A stretch of 64,000 bases of DNA. Origin: an uncultured Nitrososphaerota archaeon (GTDB taxonomy: Archaea > Thermoproteota > Nitrososphaeria > Nitrososphaerales > Gagatemarchaeaceae). A program made the translations under genes and the position numbers. The stretch lies in the NCBI GenBank assembly GCA_963718895.1, contig CAVRAG010000004.1:325456-389455 (forward strand), given 5' to 3'. Numbering within the stretch: the stretch's first letter is position 1; every line of letters begins with the position of its first letter. The notes below the pieces were generated by a model. That model was not told where the DNA came from and ran no database searches. It saw only the letters and a program-made list of their open reading frames with translations. Shown piece after piece: positions 21,164 through 31,610 of this stretch.

Positions 21164-21423
21164 ATGGGATTCTTCAGCCGTTGTCCGGCGTGCAGGGGAC
21201 GCTTTGGAGTCAAGCGCCTGGACCGGAAGCTCGTTAAGAGTGAACGGGAACCGAGACGATAATGCGGCCGGTCGCAGCCAGCCCGGCAAACGTCAAGGGG
21301 GCTTCGAGGGTCGTCGAGGTCCCGGAAGTGATCTCATTCACGAAGAAGGAGTTCGAGGAGAGCTACAGATGCCCAAAGTGCGGGCACCAGTGGTCCGTCC
21401 AAATCGATGTGGTATCTCGCTGA
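21164..21423 (+). pseudogene. Frameshifted zinc-ribbon protein
   Basis: MGFFSRCPAC... in one frame and ...YRCPKCGHQW in another; shift near 21250. Confidence 0.6.
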
Positions 21424-21482
21424 AAGGAACCTCGATGACCGACTTCTTCCCCTTGTTTGTGGCGCTTCACTGGGCTTCCTAA

Positions 21483-21965
21483 TCACCCATGGGACGTTCG
21501 CCGGGTGATGTCCTTCTTCATTGCCGCCGCGAGATTGACCCACGCCTGTGAGTCTTCCTCCATGAGCTTCTTCGACATGGCAGCAATCTCGGACGGGGAG
21601 GGAATCTTCTTCCCTTCTTCGATCTGAGCGCCGTTGTAGTCCAGGCGCGAGGCGTTCTCACCCTCGGAGACGATCTGGTAGATGAATTGTGAGTACTTTC
21701 CCGGGTCGGAGACTCTCGTGTTGGTCCACATCAACAGCTTCGGGTAGAGCCGCACGACCTTCACCTTCGTGGTCTTCGCGCTCCCGGTGTCGACTTCGTC
21801 CGTCAGGATGACCGTGGCATCGTCGGTCCACTCTATCCGTCGAGAGCCTTTCATGCCTTCGAGCGCGATGTCGCCCGCGTCATAGTCGGTGCACCATCGA
21901 TACGCCTCGGCGGCCGGGAACGGGAACCGCTGGCTGAAACCAAAATGGACGGTATAGCTTGGCAT
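21483..21965 (-). CDS. Hypothetical protein, possibly SRPBCC-like
   Basis: MPSYTVHFGFSQRFPFPAAEAYRWCTDY; C-terminal helix AWVNLAAAMKKD. Confidence 0.6.
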   Translation of the reverse strand: MPSYTVHFGFSQRFPFPAAEAYRWCTDYDAGDIALEGMKGSRRIEWTDDATVILTDEVDTGSAKTTKVKVVRLYPKLLMWTNTRVSDPGKYSQFIYQIVSEGENASRLDYNGAQIEEGKKIPSPSEIAAMSKKLMEEDSQAWVNLAAAMKKDITRRTSHG

Positions 21966-22064
21966 AGGCTTCGCTATGGAAACTCGCAGTAATAGAATCT
22001 CCGCCCTTTTCGTTCGATATTTCATCTGGAGGAGGGGTATTCGCGACCGGATGGATTCTTTGTG

Positions 22065-22226
22065 CTAGTCCTTCTCGATGACCAACTTCCCTTTCTTGAG
22101 CCTCTGCCGCAGTTCCTGACCCTCCTTCCAGCCCAGCTCCTTGACCTTGGCCGGAGGGATGACGACCGTCCACCGGAAGTACTCCTTCCCCTTGACTTCT
22201 CGCGTCTTTTGCTTCTGGAGGCGCAT
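22065..22226 (-). CDS. Small AbrB-like DNA-binding protein
   Basis: Manual translation MRLQKQKTREVKGKEYFRWTVVIPPAKVKELGWKEGQELRQRLKKGKLVIEKD. Confidence 0.75.
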   Translation of the reverse strand: MRLQKQKTREVKGKEYFRWTVVIPPAKVKELGWKEGQELRQRLKKGKLVIEKD

Positions 22227-22342
22227 GCAGACGACGTGGTAATGGTTTAGACGCCTAATAAGCGCGATTCAGGTAGCGCTTGCACACAGCACTGTGTAAG
22301 CGTACACATCTTCGCCAACTAAACGCTATCTGCGGCAGCGGA

Positions 22343-22876
22343 TTACCGGTTGGGCAGTCTGCGGTGGTTCAGTATCGCCCTGAGCTCCGCGAGCGAGAAC
22401 GGCTTCTGGATGGTCTCCAGCCCGGAGGCGTGGGCCTTCCCGATGATCGAGTCGTCCGCGGTGGCGATTATGATCCTCACGGACCTGTTCACCTCCCGTA
22501 TCCTCATGGCAGCGTCGAGGCCGCTCATGCGCGGCATCCGGTAGTCCATGAGTATTATGTCGGGGTGGACCTGCTCCTGCATCAGCGCCTCGACAATCTC
22601 GCTCCCGTCATAGCCGACGAACTCCTCAGTGTACCCAAGGTCACGCAGCGCGTATCGGTAGACTCCGACCAGGTCCCTCTCATCCTCGACGATTGCTATC
22701 CGGGTGAGCGCCTGCGCGGAGGACTTCTGTTTCGGTCCTGCTGGGGCGTCCTTGTCCGCGGTGTCGCTCTCCAGGCCTGCCGCGGCTTTCTTCCTCTGTG
22801 GGTGTTCCCGGCCGTCGCCTTCGTCCTCCAGCGTGTAGACGCGAACGTGCACCTGCTGCCACGCGCGGTCCCTCAT
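22343..22876 (-). CDS. Response regulator (receiver domain)
   Basis: IAIVEDE, ILMDYRMPRMSG, ATAD, QKPFS. Confidence 0.9.
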   Translation of the reverse strand: MRDRAWQQVHVRVYTLEDEGDGREHPQRKKAAAGLESDTADKDAPAGPKQKSSAQALTRIAIVEDERDLVGVYRYALRDLGYTEEFVGYDGSEIVEALMQEQVHPDIILMDYRMPRMSGLDAAMRIREVNRSVRIIIATADDSIIGKAHASGLETIQKPFSLAELRAILNHRRLPNR

Positions 22877-24672
22877 GCCGGGCCTCGCGGCAGAAGCACC
22901 TCCACCCTAGTGCCCTTCGAAGGGTCACCGGCCACCCTGTCGAGGACCCTCACCATCCCGCCGTATCTTGCGACCACGAGGGCGTGGACTATCGAGAGGC
23001 CAATGCCGCTCCCGCTCTCACTCTTCTGGTATCTGGTGAAGACCCTCGGCTTGACCTTGTCGTCTATCCCCCTGCCATGGTCGGTTATCGCGACCTTCCA
23101 GCATTTCGTGCGCCGCGTTTCCCCTCCCGCGCCCTCGGCCGCCGCGGCGAGGTCCGCCTCCTCCTCTGTCAGCTCGATGGCTATGGGGACGTCGACGCCG
23201 TCGGTGTACTGCACCGCGTTCGAGAGGATGTTCCTGAAGACCTCGTCCAGAAGGTCGTCAGCGAGCACTTGGGCGGCGGACCATCCCCCCAGCTCGGGGG
23301 CGTAGGTGACGGTTACCGCCCTCTTGAGGTTCGCCTGTGTTATCAGTTCGACCGACCTCTCGACCGGGGACCGCAGGTCGAGGAGCCACAGCTCCGGGAT
23401 CTGCTCAGTTATCCTTGCGAGCTTCTTCGCCCTGTCTATCAGGTTGGTCGTGCCGTCGGCGGCGTCATCTATCGAGTCCAGGAGCGCCGCGAGCCGAAGC
23501 GAGTCCAGCTGCTGCCTCAGCAGGTCGACGGACAGCTTCGAGACCTGGACGAAGTTCCTGATGTCGTGCGTGAGTATGTCCTGGAGGAGCTGGGCCTGGC
23601 GCCTGCTGCTCCTCTCCTTCTCGAGCAGGGCCTGCTCCCTCTCCCGGAGCTCGGTGTCCTCCATCACCCTCTCGAAGAACCTGATGCTCGCGTTCACGGT
23701 CGGGCCCGTCGTGGCATAGGTCGCGAAGCCGATGGCGTCGGCGAAGTCGGGGGTCGATGAGTCCCTTTCCTCGATGACCAGCGTCGCGCTCTTGTCCACG
23801 ACAAGCACCGTAATCCCGTTCCCGCCGCGCGCCTGCTGGATTGCCTTGAGCGTGATGGACCCCTTCCCCTGTGCGTCCGCCATGCCCTTCTCGGCGCTGC
23901 CGGACTGGATGGGGATTCCCTGCGGGCCGGCCCCTATCGCCGCGTCGATAGGAGAGAGTATCTGCACCACCGCCCCGCGCCTGGCGGCCTGCGCGAGCGA
24001 GTCGAATATCCCAATCTTCTCCTGGCGGTGGAACGCGTTCGAGGTGGGGAGCAGCAGCAGAACCTCCTCGTGGGCCTGCTGGACGAGCCTAACGTAGATG
24101 TCGCGCACTTCGGCGGGGCTCGTGACGACCCGCAGGCTCTGGGCCTCCGTCCCCTCCTCCAGCGCGCGAATGCGCAGCCGGCCGGGGGTCGCGGACCGCC
24201 ACATGAGCTGGAATATCTGGTGCGCCTGCGAGACGACGTCGGCACTCGTGGACCAGACGATCTCGCGTGGCGTCGCAGCCCCGGAGGAGACCTGCTCGTC
24301 CATCGCCGAAAGTGGGGTCGCGCAATACTCGCCCTTGCTTAGCAGGAAGGAGACTTTGTTGTCTTCGATATGCTTGACGTCGATGCCCGCGTCCATGACC
24401 TGCCTGTAGTAGTCCATATTCTCGCGCCGGAGGTCGACTATCATCTCGAAGCGGAACCCAGGGTTGCGCGCGAACATACCCTTGACATACTCCACCACCG
24501 GCTTGGTCTCCTTCGGGATCTTGTCGTCTGTCACGGCGGCGAGGTAGGACGACGTGACGGCCCTGTCGGTCACGGCGAATGAGACCTCGATTATCTCCTT
24601 GTCGCCCCTTACGACCTTCGTCTCTCCGCCCTCGACCAGAGTGTTGGGAGGTGCGGTCTGCTCTTCGTTCAA
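22873..24672 (-). CDS. Sensor histidine kinase
   Basis: H-box ILTHDIRN, N-box NILSNAVQY, DHGRGI, GSGIGL; translationally coupled to the response regulator. Confidence 0.92.
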   Translation of the reverse strand: MNEEQTAPPNTLVEGGETKVVRGDKEIIEVSFAVTDRAVTSSYLAAVTDDKIPKETKPVVEYVKGMFARNPGFRFEMIVDLRRENMDYYRQVMDAGIDVKHIEDNKVSFLLSKGEYCATPLSAMDEQVSSGAATPREIVWSTSADVVSQAHQIFQLMWRSATPGRLRIRALEEGTEAQSLRVVTSPAEVRDIYVRLVQQAHEEVLLLLPTSNAFHRQEKIGIFDSLAQAARRGAVVQILSPIDAAIGAGPQGIPIQSGSAEKGMADAQGKGSITLKAIQQARGGNGITVLVVDKSATLVIEERDSSTPDFADAIGFATYATTGPTVNASIRFFERVMEDTELREREQALLEKERSSRRQAQLLQDILTHDIRNFVQVSKLSVDLLRQQLDSLRLAALLDSIDDAADGTTNLIDRAKKLARITEQIPELWLLDLRSPVERSVELITQANLKRAVTVTYAPELGGWSAAQVLADDLLDEVFRNILSNAVQYTDGVDVPIAIELTEEEADLAAAAEGAGGETRRTKCWKVAITDHGRGIDDKVKPRVFTRYQKSESGSGIGLSIVHALVVARYGGMVRVLDRVAGDPSKGTRVEVLLPRGPA

Positions 24673-25039
24673 CCGTGGTAGGGCCTCGCGTTAGGGCGGA
24701 ATGGGCTGCACAGACCGACGACGGGACTCTGGCGTCCTGTCACTTCATCACTCGAGTGCAAATTCGTGGAGATGATATATGAAGATTCCTCCAAGGCTGC
24801 ACGGCCGCTGGAGGGCACCACAGAACATGTAAGGTTCGGACGCCAAGAAAGTGAAGGGTGTTACATAACAAAACTACTCGGACAAATGTATAATCAGAAA
24901 TCCTCTCTTTAGTATTCAATGTCTCGCAGCCATCCGCGGCTCGGTATAGCGCTGCTGGCAGTAGTCTATGCGCTGAAACCCTCCTTCGCCGGCACGACCA
25001 GCGCCAGAACCAATATCGCGGCTCCGGCTCGTACCAGCC

Positions 25040-25369
25040 TCATCTGCCCGCGGGCTCTCCGAGCAGCTCAAGCAACGACCGTCCGAAGGGCGTGACCCGG
25101 TACATCTTCACCCGACCGTAGGTTGCATCCTCATCCACCAGGCCGTGCCTGCTCATCACGACGACGTGATAGTCCACGGCGCCCCAATCGAGGTCCAGCT
25201 CTTGCGCGAGTTGCAGCCTGTCCTTCGGCTCCGACAACGCACACAGGAGATTCAGCCGCGTCCTGGCTCCCTTCATCCTTGTGAAGAGATGGAACGTACC
25301 GGAATCGAACCCGAGGCTCTCCCAGCGGGATCTCGTCGTCCCCCGCCATATCCAGGCCCGCGTGCTCAT
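25040..25369 (-). CDS. Winged-helix (ArsR-like) transcriptional regulator
   Basis: GARTRLNLL, QLAQELDLDWGAVDYH, YRVTPFG. Confidence 0.8.
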   Translation of the reverse strand: MSTRAWIWRGTTRSRWESLGFDSGTFHLFTRMKGARTRLNLLCALSEPKDRLQLAQELDLDWGAVDYHVVVMSRHGLVDEDATYGRVKMYRVTPFGRSLLELLGEPAGR

Positions 25370-25395
25370 GAGAGCTTCTTCGGGGTCGGGGGCCC

Positions 25396-25448
25396 ATAGT
25401 CCTACGCTTTAGGGCGGAGTCGGAACGCTGTCCTAATCCTTAGGACAG
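25396..25448. promoter_or_regulatory. Two TCCTA-N5-TAGG(A/G) palindromic boxes
   Basis: tcctacgctttaggg at 25400 and ctgtcctaatccttaggacag at 25428-25448; third copy at 25952. Confidence 0.55.
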
Positions 25449-25469
25449 GTCCCGATTGCACACCCCGAA

Positions 25470-25952
25470 CTAGGTATCCCGGGTCGTTGCGTAGGTCTTG
25501 AAGGCCTCGTACGCCGTTATGACTACAGCCGCGGAGTTCACGATTAGCGCGAAGAAGTAGAGGGAGGTGACCGAGGCCGGCCGGAACACCGTCAGCAGGA
25601 TTGCCAGGGTGCTCAGGAAGAAAGCCGCGTACGCCGTCTGAAGCGGTATTATCGTCTTCCTTATCCTGATGACGTTCTCGAAGATGACCCTGTCGACCGC
25701 GTAGCCCCCCTCCCTTTCCTGGACGAGCCCGGCTCGGACGAGCTTCTTGATGTGGTACTCGGCCACCGAGGGCGAGCTCAGCGAAAGCGCCCTCTGGACG
25801 TCGCGGATGCCCACCGCAGTACCCGCTCTGTACATGTAGCGATAGACGCGGAGCGTGGTGCCGCTGACGTAGTCCTTGAAATCCTCACTCATGGCATCAC
25901 GCGTCCACACGGTATCGCCGCGTTGCGGACTTATCCTTATGGAACCGGGCAT
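25470..25952 (-). CDS. Membrane-anchored winged-helix regulator
   Basis: GTTLRVYRYM, GIRDVQRALSLSSPSVAEYHIKKL plus two C-terminal TMs; start likely MSEDF near 25892. Confidence 0.8.
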   Translation of the reverse strand: MPGSIRISPQRGDTVWTRDAMSEDFKDYVSGTTLRVYRYMYRAGTAVGIRDVQRALSLSSPSVAEYHIKKLVRAGLVQEREGGYAVDRVIFENVIRIRKTIIPLQTAYAAFFLSTLAILLTVFRPASVTSLYFFALIVNSAAVVITAYEAFKTYATTRDT

Positions 25953-25997
25953 CCTAAAACGTAGGACTATATCGATAGGGTCCGAGATACCCTCAGG

Positions 25998-26699
25998 ATG
26001 TCACAGCCGGGAAAGGTGGTTGCCGGGGCGGGGGTAGCGGTCATCGCAGCCGTCCTGCTCGGAGTGCTGGCGAGCGCCAGCTTCCCGTCGGGGGCGCCGT
26101 CCCTGACCTTCACCACCACGACCACACCCACCGTCGCCGTCACATTCACGGTCATCGCCACTTCGACGGTCACGGCCACCTACGGCGTCTCCACTTCCGC
26201 GTCGACGGTGAGCTCCTTGAGCACCACAACGACTTCGGTGGCGACGACGAACTCGGCCACAGTCAGTGCTACAACGTCTGCCACATCGACGAGCACTGGG
26301 ACAACTGAATCTTCGACCACGACGTCGCCGTGCGGATCGCCGGGGGTGTACTGCGGGAACATCCAGATCACTTCGGCGAACCTGACCGTCGGCGCAAGCG
26401 GCAGTTTCCTGCAGGTCACTTTGCTCGAGGTGGGCAACTCCTACATCGGCAGCGCGACCGTGTACGTCAACGGGACGGTCATCGGCGTCCCGCCCGCCTC
26501 CCAATACGAACCTCCTGGGAACATCATACTGAACGTCCAACCCGGAGAGCAGGTCGTCCTCGTGCTCACGATTCCGAGCAGCACGCTGTCGGTCCAGTCG
26601 GGAAGGACCTACTCCGTCCTGGTCTATGCCTGGCTTGGGCCACCTGGCCAGAGGGCGAGCTCCGGCCTTCCGGCGACTGTCAACGTCACCGCTGACTGA
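25998..26699 (+). CDS. Membrane-anchored Thr-rich exported protein
   Basis: N-terminal TM, T/S linker, beta-rich C-domain. Confidence 0.75.
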   Translation: MSQPGKVVAGAGVAVIAAVLLGVLASASFPSGAPSLTFTTTTTPTVAVTFTVIATSTVTATYGVSTSASTVSSLSTTTTSVATTNSATVSATTSATSTSTGTTESSTTTSPCGSPGVYCGNIQITSANLTVGASGSFLQVTLLEVGNSYIGSATVYVNGTVIGVPPASQYEPPGNIILNVQPGEQVVLVLTIPSSTLSVQSGRTYSVLVYAWLGPPGQRASSGLPATVNVTAD

Positions 26700-26841
26700 G
26701 GGCTCTTTCACCTTCACTTTTCAGACGGTCGGGGGTACCCAGCGTAGCCGTAGCGAACATTAGATAGCGCCAGTGGGAATCAAAGTAGAATTGCTGTGGA
26801 TGAGACGAGAATGGACTCGAACATTCGACTTCTTCTGGACT

Positions 26842-27624
26842 TCACATGGTTTGAAGGCCGAACTCCTCCACCAGCGACGTGGCCTCCTTCATCTTCCTGA
26901 AGACCTCCTGCGGAAGGTGTGAGTCCGAGCCGAGGCTCACCCTGCAGCCGGCTATCGAGCACGCCTTGGCGACCCTGCGGACGAGTTTCGATTGGTGGCC
27001 CAGGTCGTTCCCGTTGAGCTCGAGGGCCCTGCCGCGTCGCTTCGCCGTCTTCGCGAGGTCTAGGAGGAGGTCGTCGAGGTCATCTGGCAGGCGGTCGATT
27101 CCCTTCGCCATCCTAGTGGGGTGGGTCAGCACGTGGAACGGTACGAAGTCGCTCTCGAGCGTCGACCGCTGGAGGTCGAAGTACTCGTGCCACAGCCTGC
27201 CCGCCTCGGCGCGGTTGGTGGCTCTCGTCCCGGCGGCCTCGATATCGGTCCCGTCCGCCAGCTCGTGGATGGAGCAGAGTAGGACGTCCCACTCCTCCTG
27301 ATTGACGAACTCGCCGACTTTGGCCTCATAGCGAGGCGAGAAGTCGACCTCTAGTCCCATCCGGAGCTTCATCCCAGACAGGGCGGACTCGGGTACTTTG
27401 GAGAACTCGTTCCTGTACTCCCCGAGGTCCTCGAAAATCCTACCCTTGGCGTGCACGGACCCGAAGGCGACGGACTCCCTCATCGGCCTGAACTGCGAGA
27501 CGTGTTCGGTGATGGAGTACCGCTCGATCTTGTGGACCCTGGCGGCCGCGACCATCTCCCCGATGCCTGCGAGGATTATGTGGCTGTGGTTGTCGACTCT
27601 GGCTGCTTCGGAGGGCGGTGGCAA
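26842..27624 (-). CDS. PHP-domain phosphoesterase (HisK-like)
   Basis: DNHSH, ITEH, GLEVDF, LTHP, GSDSH. Confidence 0.88.
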   Translation of the reverse strand: MPPPSEAARVDNHSHIILAGIGEMVAAARVHKIERYSITEHVSQFRPMRESVAFGSVHAKGRIFEDLGEYRNEFSKVPESALSGMKLRMGLEVDFSPRYEAKVGEFVNQEEWDVLLCSIHELADGTDIEAAGTRATNRAEAGRLWHEYFDLQRSTLESDFVPFHVLTHPTRMAKGIDRLPDDLDDLLLDLAKTAKRRGRALELNGNDLGHQSKLVRRVAKACSIAGCRVSLGSDSHLPQEVFRKMKEATSLVEEFGLQTM

Positions 27625-27858
27625 TTTCTCCTGCGTCCGGAACAGGTTTCAAATAGCTTGCGCCGCCAGGATCTGCTAACTTTTCCGGACATCCGAATGG
27701 GCATTAACTGTCGGGACACGTGAGGCCGTTCACCCCTAAGGTCTTGGCGTGGTGACTGTCGCTACGTCGCGTTCGAGAATGAATGTGTAGGCAATAGTAT
27801 CGACATTGATTTCAACCCTAACTCTCCTCCTTTGTACCGCGTCGTTGCGCTCCCGAGC

Positions 27859-28431
27859 TCACGTCCTTGCGCTGTAGCCCTGTATGGCGCCCGCGGTGAT
27901 GGCGAGGGAGGTCGCGTTCGGGAGCGACAGCTCGACCAGGTAGTAGGAGGTTTGCTTCTGCACTGCCAGGTACTCGGAGTGGCTCTCTGCGGACTGCGAC
28001 GAATACAGGAAGGTCGGAGGGTAGCTCGGCGGGCTCCAAGAGGAGGTGCCGGGTACGGTGGTGTTGAGCATGAGCGGGAGGTCGTAGATGTTGGCATTCG
28101 CGTCCATGTAGTACTCGGTCATCTGCGCGCCGTTCAGCAGGTAGAGGACGCTCGGGCTGGTGGTGCTGACGGAGATGTGGAGGAGGTCTGCGCTGCTGCT
28201 GTTGAAGCTTATCACCTCTCCCACGATCTGCGGAGAGCTTACCGGGCCGACGGTCCAGCCGCCCAGGTTCTCGGTGAGGACCTGCTGGCCGGGGCACACC
28301 TCGTAGTAGACCAAGGCGTACGCGGCTCCACCTGGGAACACGATCAGGAGCGCGGCGATCAGGGCACGGAAGCGCGTTCGCATCTGGTCCGTCGGCCGCT
28401 GCGGGCTTGGATGTATTACGAGTTGTGGCAT
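27859..28431 (-). CDS. Exported hypothetical protein
   Basis: MRTRFRALIAALLIVFPGG leader (start near 28383). Confidence 0.6.
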   Translation of the reverse strand: MPQLVIHPSPQRPTDQMRTRFRALIAALLIVFPGGAAYALVYYEVCPGQQVLTENLGGWTVGPVSSPQIVGEVISFNSSSADLLHISVSTTSPSVLYLLNGAQMTEYYMDANANIYDLPLMLNTTVPGTSSWSPPSYPPTFLYSSQSAESHSEYLAVQKQTSYYLVELSLPNATSLAITAGAIQGYSART

Positions 28432-28497
28432 GTCTCTTCAGACAAGACTTCTTATGATGAAGAGGGCGTATAAGCAACCGAACTGAGTTTCGACGCA

Positions 28498-28812
28498 ATG
28501 GAAAGCGGGCCGCTCCTCTGGCTCAGGAGCAATGCATGGGTCATCGTGGCGCACGCATCCCTGCTTGCGGGCATGGTAGGGTTGCTCTTCCTGCAGAGGT
28601 ACATCTGGATGCTGCCGTTAGCCGAGCAGAGCTACGGGCCTTACCAGAGCGCCTCCTATCTGGGGGGACTGTCGGCGGTGATCGTCGTCATCGATCTGCT
28701 GATTCTGCGGTCAGTGCGCAACGGTTCTCGATGGGACAGGGTCCTGTCGCTGGTCTGGCCCGCCGCGTTCTTCTGCCTGGCAGCGTCGATTCTCGTCGTC
28801 AACAACGCCTAG
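28498..28812 (+). CDS. Small membrane protein
   Basis: 3 TM segments; GCGTATAA box about 28 nt upstream. Confidence 0.65.
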   Translation: MESGPLLWLRSNAWVIVAHASLLAGMVGLLFLQRYIWMLPLAEQSYGPYQSASYLGGLSAVIVVIDLLILRSVRNGSRWDRVLSLVWPAAFFCLAASILVVNNA

Positions 28813-29026
28813 GTCGGTCGGGGCTATCTGAAATCTATTCGTCCCTCTTGCGGAAGCGCAGTTTGAGGTCGATTTCGCCCTCGATGTCGCAGTCGTCCCA
28901 GGGTATGTTCAACAGGCTGCGGGTCCCTCCTCGCTGGGTTCGCGCTAGGAATCACACACGGCTGCGCGTTGAGAATCTTGCGGAGGCACGATGAACCCGG
29001 CAGGTGGCAGGTCGTCCTTCGGCGTC

Positions 29027-29446
29027 TCAGTCGGGTTTCGCTTGATCCTCGACGTGTGAACTTTCGTCGGATGCCGCCTTGAAGGTCTTCAAGAACTTGG
29101 CCATGTCTCTGAAGACGGGATTGTCCTCTGCCTTGTTCAGTCTGATCGGGACATCTCTTCCGTTCAGTGTCACCCGCTTCTGAGCTTCGTAGCCTGTCTC
29201 TGTGAAGATCACGATCGGATAGTGGATTCGCCCTTTGAACTGGTCTTCGGTCACCTGTGGGGGGACGGGTGCCGCATAGTCTCCTTTCACAAAAGCTATT
29301 CCGTCGACCCACTCGACGGCGGGAGTTGCTCCTTGTTTCTGTGCTTCGACCTGGGACGCGACCATGAGCAGGAAGTCTTGAAGCGTCAGCTTCTTGATTT
29401 CATGGATTATGAGTTCCTTGTACGGCTGGTACTTCACTTCGACCAT
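29027..29446 (-). CDS. Hypothetical protein
   Basis: 139 aa, MVEVKYQPYKELIIHE...WVDGIAF; TATA-like box upstream. Confidence 0.7.
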   Translation of the reverse strand: MVEVKYQPYKELIIHEIKKLTLQDFLLMVASQVEAQKQGATPAVEWVDGIAFVKGDYAAPVPPQVTEDQFKGRIHYPIVIFTETGYEAQKRVTLNGRDVPIRLNKAEDNPVFRDMAKFLKTFKAASDESSHVEDQAKPD

Positions 29447-29564
29447 TGATTCAATCGCCGAAATAGCTCAATCTGGCGTTCTGAATTAAAACTATCCGCT
29501 CGTTCTCGCCCTTGACCTCGATTCCCTGAAAGCCGTATAAGACGATATGTCGGTCGCGGACGTA

Positions 29565-29932
29565 ATGGCCTTCTGCCCCAACTGTGGGAAGAAGTATCGC
29601 CTCAGGCTTTCTACTGTCCGAACTGCGGCCATGCGCTGAGCCAGCAGGCGTCGCCTGCTGCCACGACCCAGGCGACCGAGATGGTCAGCGGACTGTACTG
29701 GCTGCTCCCCTTGTTCTTCGCGTTGCTGGGTGGAATCATCGCATATCTTGTGGTCAAGGACAGGGACCGGAAGCAGGCCAATTACATGCTCATCTTCGGC
29801 CTGGTATGGACCTTTGTCTGAGTCGTCATCATCTTCGCATTGTTTGCCTTCGTAATCGGATTGTTCGGAGGCGTGAGCGCGACCGCGGCGACCAGCACCT
29901 TCACGTACACATACACATCTATCTCGCCGTAG
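29565..29932 (+). pseudogene. Zinc-ribbon membrane protein, disrupted
   Basis: MAFCPNCG, frameshift, FYCPNCG...YWLLPLFFALLGGIIAY, in-frame TGA near 29819. Confidence 0.7.
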
Positions 29933-30225
29933 GGGGACCTGTCAGCCCATCCAGTTGATTAGGTGCCTAAAATAGTCAGGTTTGGTATCTAAGGCCCGAT
30001 TCGTGGCGATTCCGGACAGCTCATAGCTTGTGAGAGGTGCGGAAGCTTCGGAGCGCCATGCGGGCCACGCCTGCGAAGTCACCTTTGGCCAGGATGAACG
30101 GGGTCACAGGGTCACAACCTCTACCATATTGCGTCATGGCTTCTTGGTAGATGCCAGACGTGTGTGGTGCACTGGATTCAGAGGGCTGAGCTGGAGGGGG
30201 CCTGATCCTGGCAGTCTGACGATGG

Positions 30226-31413
30226 TCACTGAGAGTCGTCGTTCTCTCCCTGTCCATCGTCGCCCCCGTGGGCTTGGACGAAGAGCAGTCCCTTCGGGCT
30301 CTGGAAGCTGTTCCCCAAGGGCGTGATGTGTCCGGTGGAGAGGTTCAGAGTCCCGAGGATTGGGTTCCCGTTGTCGTTCGGCTCGCCAACGAACACGGTT
30401 CCCTTGGCGCATCCCGTCGTGTCGAGGGCTGTGATCGTCCCAGCTGAGGCGTCGACCACGTAGAGGGTACCACTACCGGAGGTCGCCACGGCCAGGCCGT
30501 CTATGGGGGGCACGTTGCCCGGGACGTTGTCGGTCACGCTGAGGACCTTGAGCTGCGGGCGCCCGTTGACGTGCGATGTGAAGACTATCAGTCCGTCGCC
30601 CTGGCTGATAGTGGCCAAGTCCCCGCCGAAGGCCTCTCCTGCGTGGGGCATGATGTAGTTGGTGTCCGGGTCAGTCAGAGCGAGCTGCACCTTGGTGCCG
30701 GTCAGCACGTTGGTCGCCGTGCTGTCATCGTAGAAGACCGGAGTCAGGTTCGCAGTGTGGGTCGAGAAGTCGAGGGTGACCTTGTACTCGGTCGCCTGGG
30801 TCGTGTCGAGGGGGTTCGAGTGGGACACGTAGATATTGCCGCCGCTGACGGCGATGCTGTCCGTCCCACCCGCCCCCCCGACCTCGGGGTTGGGGCTGTA
30901 GGTGAAGGCTGTCGCCGCTCCCGTGAGCGGGTCCAGGAGGTAGAAGACGGAGTTGGCGTCCTCGTTCGCCGTCGCTATGATCTTCCCAAGTGCCTGGTCG
31001 GCCGTCAGCCCGTCGACGTGCCCGGTCACCATGGCGGTCCTCTCGAGCGCTCCTGTCACTGGGTCGTACGCTGCTATGGTGGACTGGGTCGCACCGCTGG
31101 GTCCCGGAGTGCCATCGGGGTTAATCCCGTTCTGGTACTCGGTCCAGATCAGCGCCCGTCCTTTGTCGAGTCCAGGAACCCCGAGCTGTGTGATGTCGTC
31201 GGGGCCCTTGGCGCCCGTGGGTGGCGCCGCTACAAATGTAGTGCTCGGTAGAGTGGTCCCCGCGCACGAACTCGACGGGGGAGAGTCATGTGCGGCCGCG
31301 GGGAGAGCCATAAGGCTGAATGAGGAGACCAGAAGAACAGTGATCAACGAAGAACGAAGCAGCAGTTTTCCTCGAATTTGAAGAAGATTCACGACGACAT
31401 TTGTCGGCTCCAA
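30226..31413 (-). CDS. Secreted beta-propeller-like protein
   Basis: Signal peptide; repeated GPDDI/VDGL/TDSI/IDGL blade-like motifs. Confidence 0.7.
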   Translation of the reverse strand: MEPTNVVVNLLQIRGKLLLRSSLITVLLVSSFSLMALPAAAHDSPPSSSCAGTTLPSTTFVAAPPTGAKGPDDITQLGVPGLDKGRALIWTEYQNGINPDGTPGPSGATQSTIAAYDPVTGALERTAMVTGHVDGLTADQALGKIIATANEDANSVFYLLDPLTGAATAFTYSPNPEVGGAGGTDSIAVSGGNIYVSHSNPLDTTQATEYKVTLDFSTHTANLTPVFYDDSTATNVLTGTKVQLALTDPDTNYIMPHAGEAFGGDLATISQGDGLIVFTSHVNGRPQLKVLSVTDNVPGNVPPIDGLAVATSGSGTLYVVDASAGTITALDTTGCAKGTVFVGEPNDNGNPILGTLNLSTGHITPLGNSFQSPKGLLFVQAHGGDDGQGENDDSQ

Positions 31414-31465
31414 TTAGATATCGTTTTCCAACCTAAATTGGGTTTGGTCATGAAGGACCATATGG

Positions 31466-31610
31466 CGCTGCTTACGAGAAACGTGAAGCACTTCGGCGGG
31501 ATTCCTGGCCTTAAGGTCGAGGGCTACTGACCCGGGAGAGCGGACCCGTTCGGAAAGGCGTATAACAAGCCGGCGGCCGGCGAGACTCGACCGGCATGAA
31601 GCGAAGGGCG
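31466..31610 (+). repeat. ~145-bp near-identical copy of 58871-59015 (vapC 3' end, intergenic, MKRR leader)
   Basis: Direct sequence comparison. Confidence 0.9.

Noticed and set aside
22280-23760. Long plus-strand ORFs (341 and 320 aa) and similar shadow ORFs elsewhere
   Set aside because: Antisense to clear genes (histidine kinase, response regulator); expected in GC-rich DNA, no motifs.
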